A DNA stretch of 64,000 bases from Defluviitaleaceae bacterium. GTDB taxonomy: Bacteria; Bacillota; Clostridia; Lachnospirales; WQUN01. Location: positions 14,774 to 78,773 of the forward strand of contig WQVC01000001.1 in NCBI GenBank assembly GCA_009781765.1, written 5' to 3'. Each line of letters opens with the position of its first letter. Position 1 is the first letter of the stretch. This document shows, piece by piece, positions 1-9,033 of the stretch. A program made the translations under genes and the position numbers. The notes below the pieces were generated by a model. The model was not told where the DNA came from. It did not search any database and saw only the letters and a program-made list of their open reading frames with translations.

Positions 1-22
1 CGGGGACACGTGCGAGTTGCCA

Positions 23-40
23 CACATTCCCTCGAAGCCG
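23..40. repeat. family E short motif copy (CACATTCCCTCGAAGCCG)
   Basis: The same 17-18 nt motif, or its reverse complement, recurs at 6865, 18428, 19450, 19506, 27823, 33873 and 52572. Confidence 0.6.
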
Positions 41-59
41 GAGCAGCTTCCTGTGCAAT

Positions 60-102
60 AAAAAAACAGCCTCCCGCGCCGAAAATACGGTACGGGAGCT
101 GT
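60..102 (-). terminator. rho-independent terminator downstream of xylB
   Basis: Minus-strand hairpin ACAGCTCCCG..CGGGAGGCTGT followed by a T7 run, about 24 nt after the xylB stop. Confidence 0.7.
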
Positions 103-125
103 TAATCTTTTGCAGAAAAGCTCTC

Positions 126-1598
126 TTACAATTCGCAAATTTTGCGGAAATTATCTTTGAGCGCGGTGTAAAGACCCGTGTAAACGGGATAACGCTTGTC
201 GTAGTTTGCGGCAACGGCTTCGTCGGGGGTGAATGTTTCGGTTATTTTTATAAGCGCGGCACAGGCTTCTTCAACATTTTTATAAACGCCCGCACCAACC
301 ATCGCAAGTATTGCCGCGCCGAAAGCCGGCCCTTCTTCCGATTGCATTTTTTCAACTTTGAGCCGCAAAATATCAGCAATCATTTGACACCAAAGCGGTG
401 ATTTCGCGCCGCCGCCAATAATTCGCGCGGTTGTAACATTCGCGCCCAAATCACGCACACGAGTCAAAATATCACGCAACGAAAACGACACGCCCTCCAA
501 AACAGCTTGCGTCATGTCGGCGCGAGTAGTTGTGGCATTCATGCCGACAAACGCGCCTCGCGCAGTCGAATCATTATGCGGCGTACGCTCGCCGGACAAA
601 TACGGCAGAAAAAATACCGGATTCTTGCCGATTTTATCAATATTTTTTTGCTCGGCGGGATAGTCGGTCGTTTTAAGCACTTCTTCGTTCCACCATTTGT
701 TCGACCCGGCCGCCGCAAGCGTCACGCCCATGAAGTGATAACGCCCCGTAGAGTGACAAAATGCATGAATCGCCGCCGGCGACGTGTCAACGGCAAATTT
801 TTCAGCCGCAACAAACAACACGCCCGACGTTCCGAGCGAAACAGAACACATTCCCTCGCTCACAATCCCCGACCCTACCGCTCCGACAGCTTGGTCGCCG
901 CCGCCGGCAACAATTTTTGTGCCGGTCGAAAGACCGGTTTCTTTCGCAGCCGCGTCCGTGACGTTTCCGACTGCTTCATACGAATGAAACAATTTGGGCA
1001 ATTGCGCGCGCGTTACACCAACAATTTCAAGCATTTTGTCCGACCAGTCCTGATTTTTCACGTCAAGAAGCAACATTCCCGACGCATCGGAATAATCCGT
1101 GCAAAAAACGCCCGAAAGTTTGTACGCAATATAATCTTTCGGCAGCATAATTTTTTTCACTTTTGCGAAAATTTCCGGCTCGTTGTCCTTCACCCACAAA
1201 ATTTTCGGCGCGGTAAAGCCCGTAAGCGCGATATTTGCGGCGTTTGCAAGCAGCACATCTCGCCCGATTTCATTATTCAGATAATCGCATTGCGCTTGCG
1301 TGCGTTGGTCGTTCCAAAGAATTGCGCGGCGCAAAACGTTGTCGTTCTCATCCAACAAAACAAGCCCGTGCATCTGCCCGCTGAAACTTACTGCGGCAAC
1401 CTCGCCAAGCCCTGCGGTGATTTCGCGCAAAGCGTCGGCGGTTTGCGTCCACCAATCCTCCGGAGCCTGCTCGCTCCACCCGTTGTTAAACATGTACAGC
1501 GGATAATCGCGTGAAACCGTACGAAGAACCACGCCTTTTTCGTCAACCGCAACCAATTTTACAGCACTTGTTCCCACGTCAACACCAATCGTAATCAT
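126..1598 (-). CDS. xylB: xylulokinase (FGGY carbohydrate kinase family)
   Basis: ORF 126..1646. It has an N-terminal MITIGVDVGTSAVKLV kinase motif and a C-terminal GGGAKSPLWCQMIADIL. I moved the start to the ATG at 1598. Confidence 0.8.
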   Translation of the reverse strand: MITIGVDVGTSAVKLVAVDEKGVVLRTVSRDYPLYMFNNGWSEQAPEDWWTQTADALREITAGLGEVAAVSFSGQMHGLVLLDENDNVLRRAILWNDQRTQAQCDYLNNEIGRDVLLANAANIALTGFTAPKILWVKDNEPEIFAKVKKIMLPKDYIAYKLSGVFCTDYSDASGMLLLDVKNQDWSDKMLEIVGVTRAQLPKLFHSYEAVGNVTDAAAKETGLSTGTKIVAGGGDQAVGAVGSGIVSEGMCSVSLGTSGVLFVAAEKFAVDTSPAAIHAFCHSTGRYHFMGVTLAAAGSNKWWNEEVLKTTDYPAEQKNIDKIGKNPVFFLPYLSGERTPHNDSTARGAFVGMNATTTRADMTQAVLEGVSFSLRDILTRVRDLGANVTTARIIGGGAKSPLWCQMIADILRLKVEKMQSEEGPAFGAAILAMVGAGVYKNVEEACAALIKITETFTPDEAVAANYDKRYPVYTGLYTALKDNFRKICEL

Positions 1599-1674
1599 GT
1601 ACACACACCCTTGTCTTTTTTGAGAAGTATAATGAAAATTTTGCAAAAAAGCAAAGATGTTAATGAATTTTTAA

Positions 1675-1819
1675 GACCTCGGGACTCCGCCCCGAACCCC
1701 CGCGAACTTTTTGGAAAAAGTTCGACAAAAACTTAAAAATCGCGCGTTCGCGCGATTTTATGACAAAGTTTTGATGAAACTTTTTCAAAAGTTTCCGGGG
1801 TGCGGGGCGGAGCCCCGCG
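1675..1819. repeat. family A modular palindromic element, copy A1 (intergenic)
   Basis: Consecutive hairpins: CGAACTTTTTGGAAAAAGTTCG, AATCGCGCGTTCGCGCGATT, GAAACTTTTTCAAAAGTTTC, GCGGGGCGGAGCCCCGC. Near-identical to 5074-5212 and 48114-48258. Confidence 0.9.
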
Positions 1820-1854
1820 ATTTTATGATAAAATTGCGATGAGGAGCGCGAAGC

Positions 1855-2232
1855 ATGAAAAAATTATTTTTGCAATTTATAAAGTTTGGGATTGTCGGCG
1901 TAATAAATACGATTGTTTTTTTGAGTGTTTATTATGTACTTTTGTGGTTGTGTGTGCATTATTTGGCGGCGAATCTTGTTGCGTTTGTGATAAGCGTACT
2001 TAATGCATTTTTTTTGAGCGGAAAATTCGTTTTCAAGGACAGCAAAACATCTGCGGCGTTGCGCTTGGCAAAGGTTTACGCGGCATACGGATTCACGTTT
2101 TTGTTAGGCACGGCGTCGCTGTTCGTGATGGTTGAAATTTTCGGGATTTCGCAATTCATCGCGCCGCTTTTGAACATGCTTGTCACCGTGCCGACAAATT
2201 TTCTTGTGAATAAATTTTGGGCGTTCCGCTGA
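1855..2232 (+). CDS. GtrA family membrane protein
   Basis: 125 aa with four hydrophobic segments. The N-terminus KFGIVGVINTIVFLSVYYVL and C-terminus NFLVNKFWAFR are typical of GtrA-like proteins. Confidence 0.7.
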   Translation: MKKLFLQFIKFGIVGVINTIVFLSVYYVLLWLCVHYLAANLVAFVISVLNAFFLSGKFVFKDSKTSAALRLAKVYAAYGFTFLLGTASLFVMVEIFGISQFIAPLLNMLVTVPTNFLVNKFWAFR

Positions 2233-2836
2233 TTGCGCTGACCGACAAAAGCCCGATTGCCGGCAAATAAAATATCCAAATCAGCATGAACACGCCGGAA
2301 AAATATTGCGGCAAGCCCACGTAATGTGACAAATTGTAAAGCCCGACGCTTATGTCACAAAGCGCGAACAAAACAAGCCCCGTCGTTATAATTCGCCGAC
2401 GGGCTTTTATATTTACATACAAATTGACGGCAAAAAGTGTCGCGTAAAGCCCCGCAAGCACGACGACGGATTCTGCCGCAAATGCGATTACCCACACGAT
2501 AGCGGCAACGCAAAAAAACGCGGCAAGCAACTTATTTCCGGAAAGAAAAGAACGCTCCGCCGTCCCGGCTCCGAGAGCATGTGTCGCAATCGGCTCTTGC
2601 CCCCGGTATTCACAGCACGCTTGACGCGCCCGAATGATGTAAAACACGTGTACAAAACAAAACACAGCCACACCTTCGAGATGCCTGTTGTGCAAAACCA
2701 AAAAATAATCCGCCCAAAGAGTAAAAAAGAGGCCGCATGAAAGCAGCCCCCAATCTTTTACTGAAACGCATCTCGCTCGCGATAACAGCGCGATGATAAA
2801 ACAACACGCGACAAACGCGAATTTGTATTCCGTCAT
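2183..2836 (-). CDS. YhhN-like (lysoplasmalogenase family) membrane protein
   Basis: 217 aa polytopic membrane ORF with WADYFLVL and FALCDISVGL motifs that resemble the two YhhN signature regions. Its start overlaps the stop of the upstream gene (ATGA). Confidence 0.5.
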   Translation of the reverse strand: MTEYKFAFVACCFIIALLSRARCVSVKDWGLLSCGLFFTLWADYFLVLHNRHLEGVAVFCFVHVFYIIRARQACCEYRGQEPIATHALGAGTAERSFLSGNKLLAAFFCVAAIVWVIAFAAESVVVLAGLYATLFAVNLYVNIKARRRIITTGLVLFALCDISVGLYNLSHYVGLPQYFSGVFMLIWIFYLPAIGLLSVSAISGTPKIYSQENLSAR

Positions 2837-4896
2837 TCGAGTCGTTCCGCCTCAACAATTTGCCAAATTAAATCGGTGCTTTGCGCAACAATGCGGAAAG
2901 ACTCGCGGAAATATTGCAAATCCGCGCCTTCGCCCGCCGTCCAAAGAACCTCAACAACGGCAAGATAATAAAATTTGTGGTCTGTTTCGGAGGCTTCCGA
3001 GTCGTAAACCGACACGACTTCCAAATCGCCGGTTGCAATATTAACCGCATACATCGCGCGTCCCTCAAACCGCGCGGGTGCGAAAAAGCTCAGCAATTCG
3101 CTGTCGTTCGAAACCCCTACAAGATTCTCGCGCGAAAGTTCGCCCGATTTGTACTCCAAAAGCGAAAGAAATGTTTCGGTTACGGCACGTTCCGCCTCGT
3201 AACGGCGAAGTCGCGGCATATTGTTGAAGCGTGTAACATTCACCGGCACAACCACCGACGGCAACTCAAAATCCAAAGAATTTACAACAAAATAATACTC
3301 TGAAATATGAACATCGCGCAAACGCATAAGGTAGGGCTGCATGTTAAAAATCACGTCTGTGCCGCGCACATACACATTTGTGCGCCCCGGCATGGAAATC
3401 GACTCGCCGTCTGTGCGTACATTAAGCGAAATATCAAGATTCATCGGAACGCGACGCCCGCCTTCGTTCAAAGCGTGCATTGTCATGTAAACGCGACTGC
3501 CCTGCTGCATCATGCCCTCGAAATTCAGCGTAAAATCGCCGACCGGCACGGGAATCGGGTTCCATTGGTCGTTACCGAAAAGCTGCGACGGCGCGATTTT
3601 TACAACCGGTTCCGACATAAAATACGACAGCCCGCTGAAATGCACTTCAACGTCACTTTCGATGTTCAAAATCGGCCCGAAAGTTACCGAACCCATCAGC
3701 AAATCAAACTCTTCGAAGTAAACAACAGCATTTTCGTTCGTGAGCGGGGTGATGGCATTCACGGAAAAACGCTCGAAAAGTCGCACAAACGGCTCATCCT
3801 CCGGCATGTTAAGGCGTACGCCCGCTTCCGAGCCCGGCGTATAGCTGAAATGGATTGTGCTGCTTCCGCTGTCGAAAACGGCGTGACGAATTTGCAACCC
3901 GCCTTCGCCCATGGCATATATCGGATGATTTACAAACGCCGGCCCTTCGTGAATCGGCGGCGATGTAAAACGATAGTTAAACTGCGCATAATCGTGAGTA
4001 TCGCGGCACTGTATATGAAGCGTCAGAAACAACGTTCCGGCAGTAAGTTGCCCGAACCGCAAAACAGTTCCGCTTCCTTCCGATGCAGCTATGTCAAAAG
4101 ATGTGCGCGAATACAAATGCCGCGCCTGATTGTACAGCAGGATGTAATAATCGTCGGGATTAAAATGTTCATCGAAATAAAAAAACGTGCCGGAATACGC
4201 CGCAACCATCCGCGTAAGCGTAAACTGCGTTTCTTCATTTAAGTGCGTCCGCTCGTTCAAGAAGATGTTGCGGGCGTTATTTGCGGTATCCGCAGGGATT
4301 TCAATCGGCGTAAATCTGTCAAACGCGGCAATTTGCTCGTTTTGCGCATTAACCATGCCCGACGCCACAATCGCCGTTGCCGCCCCGACCACGATTATAA
4401 ATACGCCGACAAAAAACGTCGCCGCTATTTTCCAACCCGCCATGTTAGCAAAAAGTTTTTCCCCGCCTTCATTTTCGAGCGAGAATGAACCCTTCACATA
4501 CCGCACCGCGCCCAACCCGTCAACCTCCGGGTCGTAAACCTGCGTTGCCGGCGACACCGACAAATCCCGTACTTCGAAACCGGCGTCGGCGGATTTATCT
4601 GCCATAAGCAACATTTCAAGCTGCGCGTCCAAGTCCATGTCGTCACTTGACTGCATGGGCGACGGCGCAGACGACGGCGAATCGTCGTCGTCGAAATTAA
4701 AGCTCGCGAACGGGTCGGAATCATCGCTGTCGAAATTGAAGCTCGCGAACGGGTCGGAATCGTCGTCCCCGTCGGAAAAAATCCCGAGGGACGACAACTG
4801 CGCCTCTAAGTCGTCAAGACTGTCCATGCCTTCCAAGTCGCCCGAAGCACCGGTGTCGTCGTCATTTGTATTCAAATTATCCAAATCGTCGTTCAT
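2833..4896 (-). CDS. hypothetical single-pass membrane protein with an acidic repeat N-terminus
   Basis: 687 aa. GGGAGG RBS 7 nt before the ATG. The D/S-rich N-terminal ~110 aa contains a duplicated SDDSDPFASFNFD, followed by one TM (IAATFFVGVFIIVVGAATAIVA) and a ~500 aa domain I do not recognise. Confidence 0.75.
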   Translation of the reverse strand: MNDDLDNLNTNDDDTGASGDLEGMDSLDDLEAQLSSLGIFSDGDDDSDPFASFNFDSDDSDPFASFNFDDDDSPSSAPSPMQSSDDMDLDAQLEMLLMADKSADAGFEVRDLSVSPATQVYDPEVDGLGAVRYVKGSFSLENEGGEKLFANMAGWKIAATFFVGVFIIVVGAATAIVASGMVNAQNEQIAAFDRFTPIEIPADTANNARNIFLNERTHLNEETQFTLTRMVAAYSGTFFYFDEHFNPDDYYILLYNQARHLYSRTSFDIAASEGSGTVLRFGQLTAGTLFLTLHIQCRDTHDYAQFNYRFTSPPIHEGPAFVNHPIYAMGEGGLQIRHAVFDSGSSTIHFSYTPGSEAGVRLNMPEDEPFVRLFERFSVNAITPLTNENAVVYFEEFDLLMGSVTFGPILNIESDVEVHFSGLSYFMSEPVVKIAPSQLFGNDQWNPIPVPVGDFTLNFEGMMQQGSRVYMTMHALNEGGRRVPMNLDISLNVRTDGESISMPGRTNVYVRGTDVIFNMQPYLMRLRDVHISEYYFVVNSLDFELPSVVVPVNVTRFNNMPRLRRYEAERAVTETFLSLLEYKSGELSRENLVGVSNDSELLSFFAPARFEGRAMYAVNIATGDLEVVSVYDSEASETDHKFYYLAVVEVLWTAGEGADLQYFRESFRIVAQSTDLIWQIVEAERLE
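4691..4768. repeat. 2 x 39 nt in-frame tandem repeat within the 687-aa ORF
   Basis: TCGAAATTRAAGCTCGCGAACGGGTCGGAATC.. occurs twice and encodes DDSDPFASFNFD twice. Confidence 0.9.
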
Positions 4897-4911
4897 TTCG
4901 AAGCCTCCCTG

Positions 4912-5028
4912 CTACGAAAGTAATGCCGGCACCACGCCCGCAAGCGAACCTGCTGCCAGAAGAATCACAAGCAAAACAGCCACCACTATGCCTATTTTTT
5001 GCTTATGTTTTCGAAACCATCGACCCAT
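4912..5028 (-). CDS. small membrane protein (38 aa)
   Basis: GGAGG RBS 9 nt upstream of the ATG (MGRWFRKHKQKIGIVVAVLLVILLAAG..). The longer ORF to 5130 runs into repeat A2, so I shortened it. Confidence 0.45.
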   Translation of the reverse strand: MGRWFRKHKQKIGIVVAVLLVILLAAGSLAGVVPALLS

Positions 5029-5073
5029 TTTATCATACCTCCGAAAAAATTTCATCAGATTTAAATGTTTATT

Positions 5074-5212
5074 CGGGGCTTCGCCCCAGACCCCACGAAC
5101 TTTTTGAAAAAAGTTCGACAAAAACTTCATTAAAATCGCGCGACGCGCGATTTTTGATTAAGTTTTGATGAAACTTTTTCAAAAGTTTCCGGGGTGCGGG
5201 GCAGAGCCCCGC
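5074..5212. repeat. family A palindromic element, copy A2 (intergenic)
   Basis: CGGGGCTTCGCCCC, then CGAACTTTTTGAAAAAAGTTCG, AATCGCGCGACGCGCGATT, GAAACTTTTTCAAAAGTTTC and GCGGGGCAGAGCCCCGC. Confidence 0.9.
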
Positions 5213-5229
5213 AGTTTCAATCGAATATT

Positions 5230-7104
5230 TTATAAAAAACGCGACGGTTTAACGGGCTTGTCGTAGCGTGTTTTTATTGCGGACAAATAGAGTTCTTTTT
5301 TGGCGCGGGTTGCGCCGACGTAAAACAGGCGGCGTTCTTCCTCAATTTCGGAATCGGTTTTGCTTCGAATGTAGGGCAAAACGTCCTCGACCGCGCCTGC
5401 AATGAACACGCGCTCAAACTCCAACCCCTTCGCACTGTGAAGGGTTGTAAGTGTGCAACACGGACCGGTTTTATCCCGCGTTTTAGCGGATTCCGCAACG
5501 GTTTTTGCGTGTGCGATAAATTCGCCGGCTGTTGCAAACTCCTTCGCCGCTTCCTGCAATTCGTCGGCGATTTCAAAAAGCCCCGCAGGATTCAGTTTTC
5601 TGTACTCGCATGTGTCGATTATATACCCATTATACCCTATATTTGCGCGAATGTAACGCACTTGTTCATCCGGACTGTGTTTCGCCAGACGAATAAGGTC
5701 GCCGTGAAGCTCCTCGATTGTCGTTTTGGTGGCGAAATGCAGGGCGGGGTCGCTCTTGTACGCCGAAAAAATGTTTTTGTCGTCGCGTCGTGCGGCTTGC
5801 AAAAATACTTTGCTCACAAACCGAAACGGTTTGTTTATTATTCGTGCCGCGTCTGCATCGAAGCCGGTTTTTTGCCGAAGTTCGAGCCGCCGCGCAACTC
5901 GCATGTACGCGAAAAAATCTTCCGCAAGCCAGTGTTCGTAAATTGTCGGGGCTTCGTCGCGGCTTTTGAAGGGGATGTGCAGGTTTAAAAATGCGTCCGT
6001 AAATGCCCGCGCCTGTATGTTCAAACGAAACGCAACCGCGATTTCATCCAAATTCGCGCCGCTTTTCCAAAGGTCGCGAATTTGACGCGCAATTTCTGCG
6101 GCTTCGCGGTTTTGGTCGTCGTAAGTGGTGAACACCGGCGGAGTGCCGCTTTTTTCCGTGCCGCGAATATTTTTATTGTACCGCGATTTGTTGGCGGAAA
6201 TCAAATTATTGGAGTATTTGATGATTTCATCGGTGGAGCGGTAGTTTATGTCCAACGTGATTTTACTCGTTTCGGGAAAATCCTTGGGGAAGTTAAGCAA
6301 AAATTCCGGCCGTGACCCGCGAAAACGGTAAATACTTTGGTCGTCGTCGCCCACCACGAACAGGTTGTTTTCCGGCGCGGCAAGTAACTTCACCGTTTCA
6401 AATTGTACGCGATTTATATCTTGAAACTCGTCTATCATTATAAAGGGATATTTTTCGCGCCAGTAATTCAGCTCGGCATCGTTGCTTTTAAGTAATTCGT
6501 AGGTTTTGCACAACATGTCGTCGAAATCAATTTTATTTTTTGAGGTCTTGTATTTTTCAAACTGTCGGCACACTGCAACAAAATCATCCGCACCGATTGT
6601 TTTCGAATAATAATCTTTCAAATCGTGTAACTCGTTGCGAACAAGAGACATTTCCGACAGCAACGACGACAGTGTATCATCATCCGGTTCGTATCGCAAT
6701 TCCGCCAAAAAACCGCGCACAACGCCGCGCCTTTCACCCTCCGCAAGAATTTGCTCGGTGGTGAAGCCGGTTTTGCGCCGAAGCATTCGAAAAAACGCAG
6801 AGTGAAACGTACCGAAAGCCGGCGGTGGTGCGCCAAGGACGCCGGGGGCAAGAATCGGGGGCGGCACATGCTCTCGAAGCCGGGGGTCGAAAGCGGATTG
6901 TGCGACTCGTTTGTATCGTTTTTCCATTTCCGTTGCGGCGGCCTTCGAATAAGTAATGACCAACACGCCGCGCGGCTGCAACGACGCCAAAAACGCCGCA
7001 CGTGCCGTAATAACAGCGGTTTTTCCGCTTCCCGGTCCTGCGAGCACCATCATTGGCCCTGCAACATGCCGCGCCGCCGCAAGTTGATTATCGTTTAGAT
7101 TCAT
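5230..7104 (-). CDS. UvrD/REP-family ATP-dependent DNA helicase (short, ~625 aa)
   Basis: Walker A AGPGSGKT, DEFQD motif II, VGDDDQSIYRFRG, C-terminal TLHSAKGLEFERVF and YVGATRAKKEL. The ORF-track start at 7131 is TTG, so I prefer the ATG at 7104 (MNLNDNQL). Confidence 0.85.
   Translation of the reverse strand: MNLNDNQLAAARHVAGPMMVLAGPGSGKTAVITARAAFLASLQPRGVLVITYSKAAATEMEKRYKRVAQSAFDPRLREHVPPPILAPGVLGAPPPAFGTFHSAFFRMLRRKTGFTTEQILAEGERRGVVRGFLAELRYEPDDDTLSSLLSEMSLVRNELHDLKDYYSKTIGADDFVAVCRQFEKYKTSKNKIDFDDMLCKTYELLKSNDAELNYWREKYPFIMIDEFQDINRVQFETVKLLAAPENNLFVVGDDDQSIYRFRGSRPEFLLNFPKDFPETSKITLDINYRSTDEIIKYSNNLISANKSRYNKNIRGTEKSGTPPVFTTYDDQNREAAEIARQIRDLWKSGANLDEIAVAFRLNIQARAFTDAFLNLHIPFKSRDEAPTIYEHWLAEDFFAYMRVARRLELRQKTGFDADAARIINKPFRFVSKVFLQAARRDDKNIFSAYKSDPALHFATKTTIEELHGDLIRLAKHSPDEQVRYIRANIGYNGYIIDTCEYRKLNPAGLFEIADELQEAAKEFATAGEFIAHAKTVAESAKTRDKTGPCCTLTTLHSAKGLEFERVFIAGAVEDVLPYIRSKTDSEIEEERRLFYVGATRAKKELYLSAIKTRYDKPVKPSRFL
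6865..6883. repeat. family E motif copy inside the helicase CDS
   Basis: CACATGCTCTCGAAGCCGG, translated on the minus strand as PRLREHV. Confidence 0.55.
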
Positions 7105-7212
7105 GGCGAAATTATACAGGATATCGGACAAAAAGCCAACATGCCGACAGGCGTGCGGAACCCTTCCGTGTTTCTTATCTTGAAAAGATTCCGAACGATT
7201 TCTGAAGTCCGC

Positions 7213-7251
7213 AAAAAAAAGAACCCTTCGATATGAAAGGGTTCTTTTTTT
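7213..7251. terminator. bidirectional terminator hairpin
   Basis: A8-GAACCCTT..AAGGGTTC-T8, immediately 3' of tRNA-Arg. Confidence 0.8.
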
Positions 7252-7324
7252 TGCGTCCGGCAGGAATCGAACCTGCGACCTTTTGCTCCGGAGGCAAACG
7301 CTCTATCCCCTGAGCTACGAACGC
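7252..7324 (-). tRNA. tRNA-Arg (anticodon CCG)
   Basis: The reverse complement folds by hand as a cloverleaf: acceptor GCGTTCG/CGGACGC, D arm GCTC..GAGC, anticodon stem TTTGC/GCAAA with loop CTCCGGA, and T arm GCAGG-TTCGATT-CCTGC. Confidence 0.9.
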
Positions 7325-7353
7325 ATATTTATCTGCATATTATCACGCCGCGT

Positions 7354-8955
7354 TTATTTTTTCAAGCAAGCGGCGACAAATGCCTTAAAAATCGGACCGG
7401 GCCGTGTTATGCGCGACTTAAATTCCGGATGAAATTGCACACCGACAAACCACGGATGCATTTCTTTCGGAAGTTCAATTGCTTCAAGATGCTGTTCGTC
7501 CGGAGAAAGTGCGGCTTCAACAATGCCCGCTGCGGCAAAATCGCCGCGATACCGGTTGTTGACTTTGTACAAATGGCAAAAGCGTTCGTAAATCACGTTT
7601 TCGCCGTACGCCGCGAACGTGAGAGAATCGGGGTTCAATTTGCACGGGAGCGCGCCTTTTCGCTTGGGCAGCGAAGATACCTCCGCGTCGGGTTTTGTGA
7701 TGTGTTCGATTACGGGCATTGCGGTGTCGGGGGAAATTTCGGCGGTGTGGGCATCGGCATGACCCATGACGTTGCGCGCAAATTCAATAAGTGCGCACTG
7801 CATTCCGAGCCCGATGCCGAGGAACGGGACTTTATTTTCCCGCGCATGACGAATCGCGCTGATTAAGCCCGCTGCGCCGCGCTTGCCGTAGCCGCCGGGA
7901 ACGAGCAAGCCCGCTAAATTTTTCAGTTTTGTCGCGGCGTTTGAGTCGGTGATTTCTTTGGCATGAAGCCATTTTATTTTAATTTTCACATCGTTTGCGA
8001 CGCCGGCATGTTCGAGTGCCTCGTTTACGCTCAAATACGAATCGCGAAATTCCGTGTATTTGCCCAAAAGTCCGATTGTAATTTCATTTTTAATCGCGCG
8101 ATTTCTTTCAACAAGTTCGTGCCATTCGGCGAGGTCGGGTGCGGACGGGTCGAGTCTGAGCCGCTTGCACACAATGTCGGCAAATTTTTCTTCCTCCAAA
8201 AGCAACGGAACTTCGTAAATTGACGCTACGTTCATATTTTCGATGACGCACGATTTATCAACATTGCAGAACAACGCGAGCTTTTCGCGCATTTCGTCGG
8301 AAATATGATGCTCGGTGCGGCACACAAGAGCATCGGGTTTTATTCCGAAGGACAGCAAATCCTTTACGGAATTTTGCGACGGTTTTGTTTTCATCTCGTC
8401 GGCGAAATTCAAATAAGGAATCAACGTGACATGAATGTACATAACATTTTCCGCGCCGACATCGCGGCTTGTTTGCCGAATCGCCTCGATGAAAGGCAGA
8501 CTTTCAATATCGCCGACAGTGCCGCCGATTTCGGAAATTATTATATCCGAGCCGGCATTTTGGCTCGCGCGATAAATTTTTTCTTTAATTGCGTCGGTGA
8601 TGTGCGGAATAACCTGTATCGTCGCGCCTTTGTACTTGCCGTTCATCTCGCCGTTAAGCACTTCGCGATAAATTTTTCCGGTTGAAACGCTGTTTGCCGC
8701 GCTCAAATTTTCGTCGATAAACCGTTCGTAATGTCCGAAGTCGAGGTCAACTTCCGCGCCGTCTTCCGTGACAAAAATTTCGCCGTGCTGATACGGACTT
8801 AAAAGACCGGGGTCTTGATTGATGTAGGGGTCGAATTTTTGAATCGTCACCTTGTATCCGCGCGCCTTTAAAAGCCGCCCCAAAGATGCCGCCGTGATTC
8901 CTTTGCCCAACCCCGAACAAACGCCCCCGGTCATAAAAATGTATTTCGCGCTCAT
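7354..8955 (-). CDS. pyrG: CTP synthase
   Basis: 533 aa. N-terminal KYIFMTGGVCSGLGKGI, and a glutaminase domain with GIGLGMQ and HPEF motifs. Confidence 0.95.
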   Translation of the reverse strand: MSAKYIFMTGGVCSGLGKGITAASLGRLLKARGYKVTIQKFDPYINQDPGLLSPYQHGEIFVTEDGAEVDLDFGHYERFIDENLSAANSVSTGKIYREVLNGEMNGKYKGATIQVIPHITDAIKEKIYRASQNAGSDIIISEIGGTVGDIESLPFIEAIRQTSRDVGAENVMYIHVTLIPYLNFADEMKTKPSQNSVKDLLSFGIKPDALVCRTEHHISDEMREKLALFCNVDKSCVIENMNVASIYEVPLLLEEEKFADIVCKRLRLDPSAPDLAEWHELVERNRAIKNEITIGLLGKYTEFRDSYLSVNEALEHAGVANDVKIKIKWLHAKEITDSNAATKLKNLAGLLVPGGYGKRGAAGLISAIRHARENKVPFLGIGLGMQCALIEFARNVMGHADAHTAEISPDTAMPVIEHITKPDAEVSSLPKRKGALPCKLNPDSLTFAAYGENVIYERFCHLYKVNNRYRGDFAAAGIVEAALSPDEQHLEAIELPKEMHPWFVGVQFHPEFKSRITRPGPIFKAFVAACLKK

Positions 8956-9033
8956 TTAACATGTCCCTTTCGAGATATAGCAGTTTTTATAAGATGTTCG
9001 GAAAATTTCCGTACCGAAGCAAAAACTGCTGCA

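Noticed and set aside
507-1514. Long antisense ORFs inside well-supported genes. This 335-aa ORF is opposite xylB. Similar cases are 3307..4242, 13441..14190, 18873..19466, 21911..22714, 25865..26752, 29810..30574, 33025..33609, 34722..35336, 39119..39886, 41434..42102, 48397..48963, 51832..52419 and 52652..53152.
   Set aside because: Each fully overlaps a gene with clear family motifs on the other strand. Their products are Arg/Ser/Cys-rich low-complexity sequences with no recognisable motifs or RBS. They are typical shadow ORFs in moderately GC-rich DNA.
1675-1819. The repeat families considered as CRISPR arrays.
   Set aside because: Copies are dispersed over 64 kb with no regular repeat-spacer periodicity, the elements are internally palindromic and composite, and no cas genes are present.
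5230-7131. The UvrD-like helicase considered as AddA or as a Gabija GajB-type defence helicase.
   Set aside because: It is too short and lacks a C-terminal nuclease domain, so it is not AddA. No OLD/ATPase (GajA-like) partner is adjacent; the neighbours are a tRNA, pyrG and a membrane-protein operon.
8976-9031. Hairpin upstream of pyrG considered as the CTP-sensing attenuator known from B. subtilis pyrG.
   Set aside because: No U-run follows the hairpin in the pyrG orientation. The sequence instead matches the ATAGCAGTTTTT / CGGAAAATTTCCGTACCGAA repeat fragments seen elsewhere in the window.
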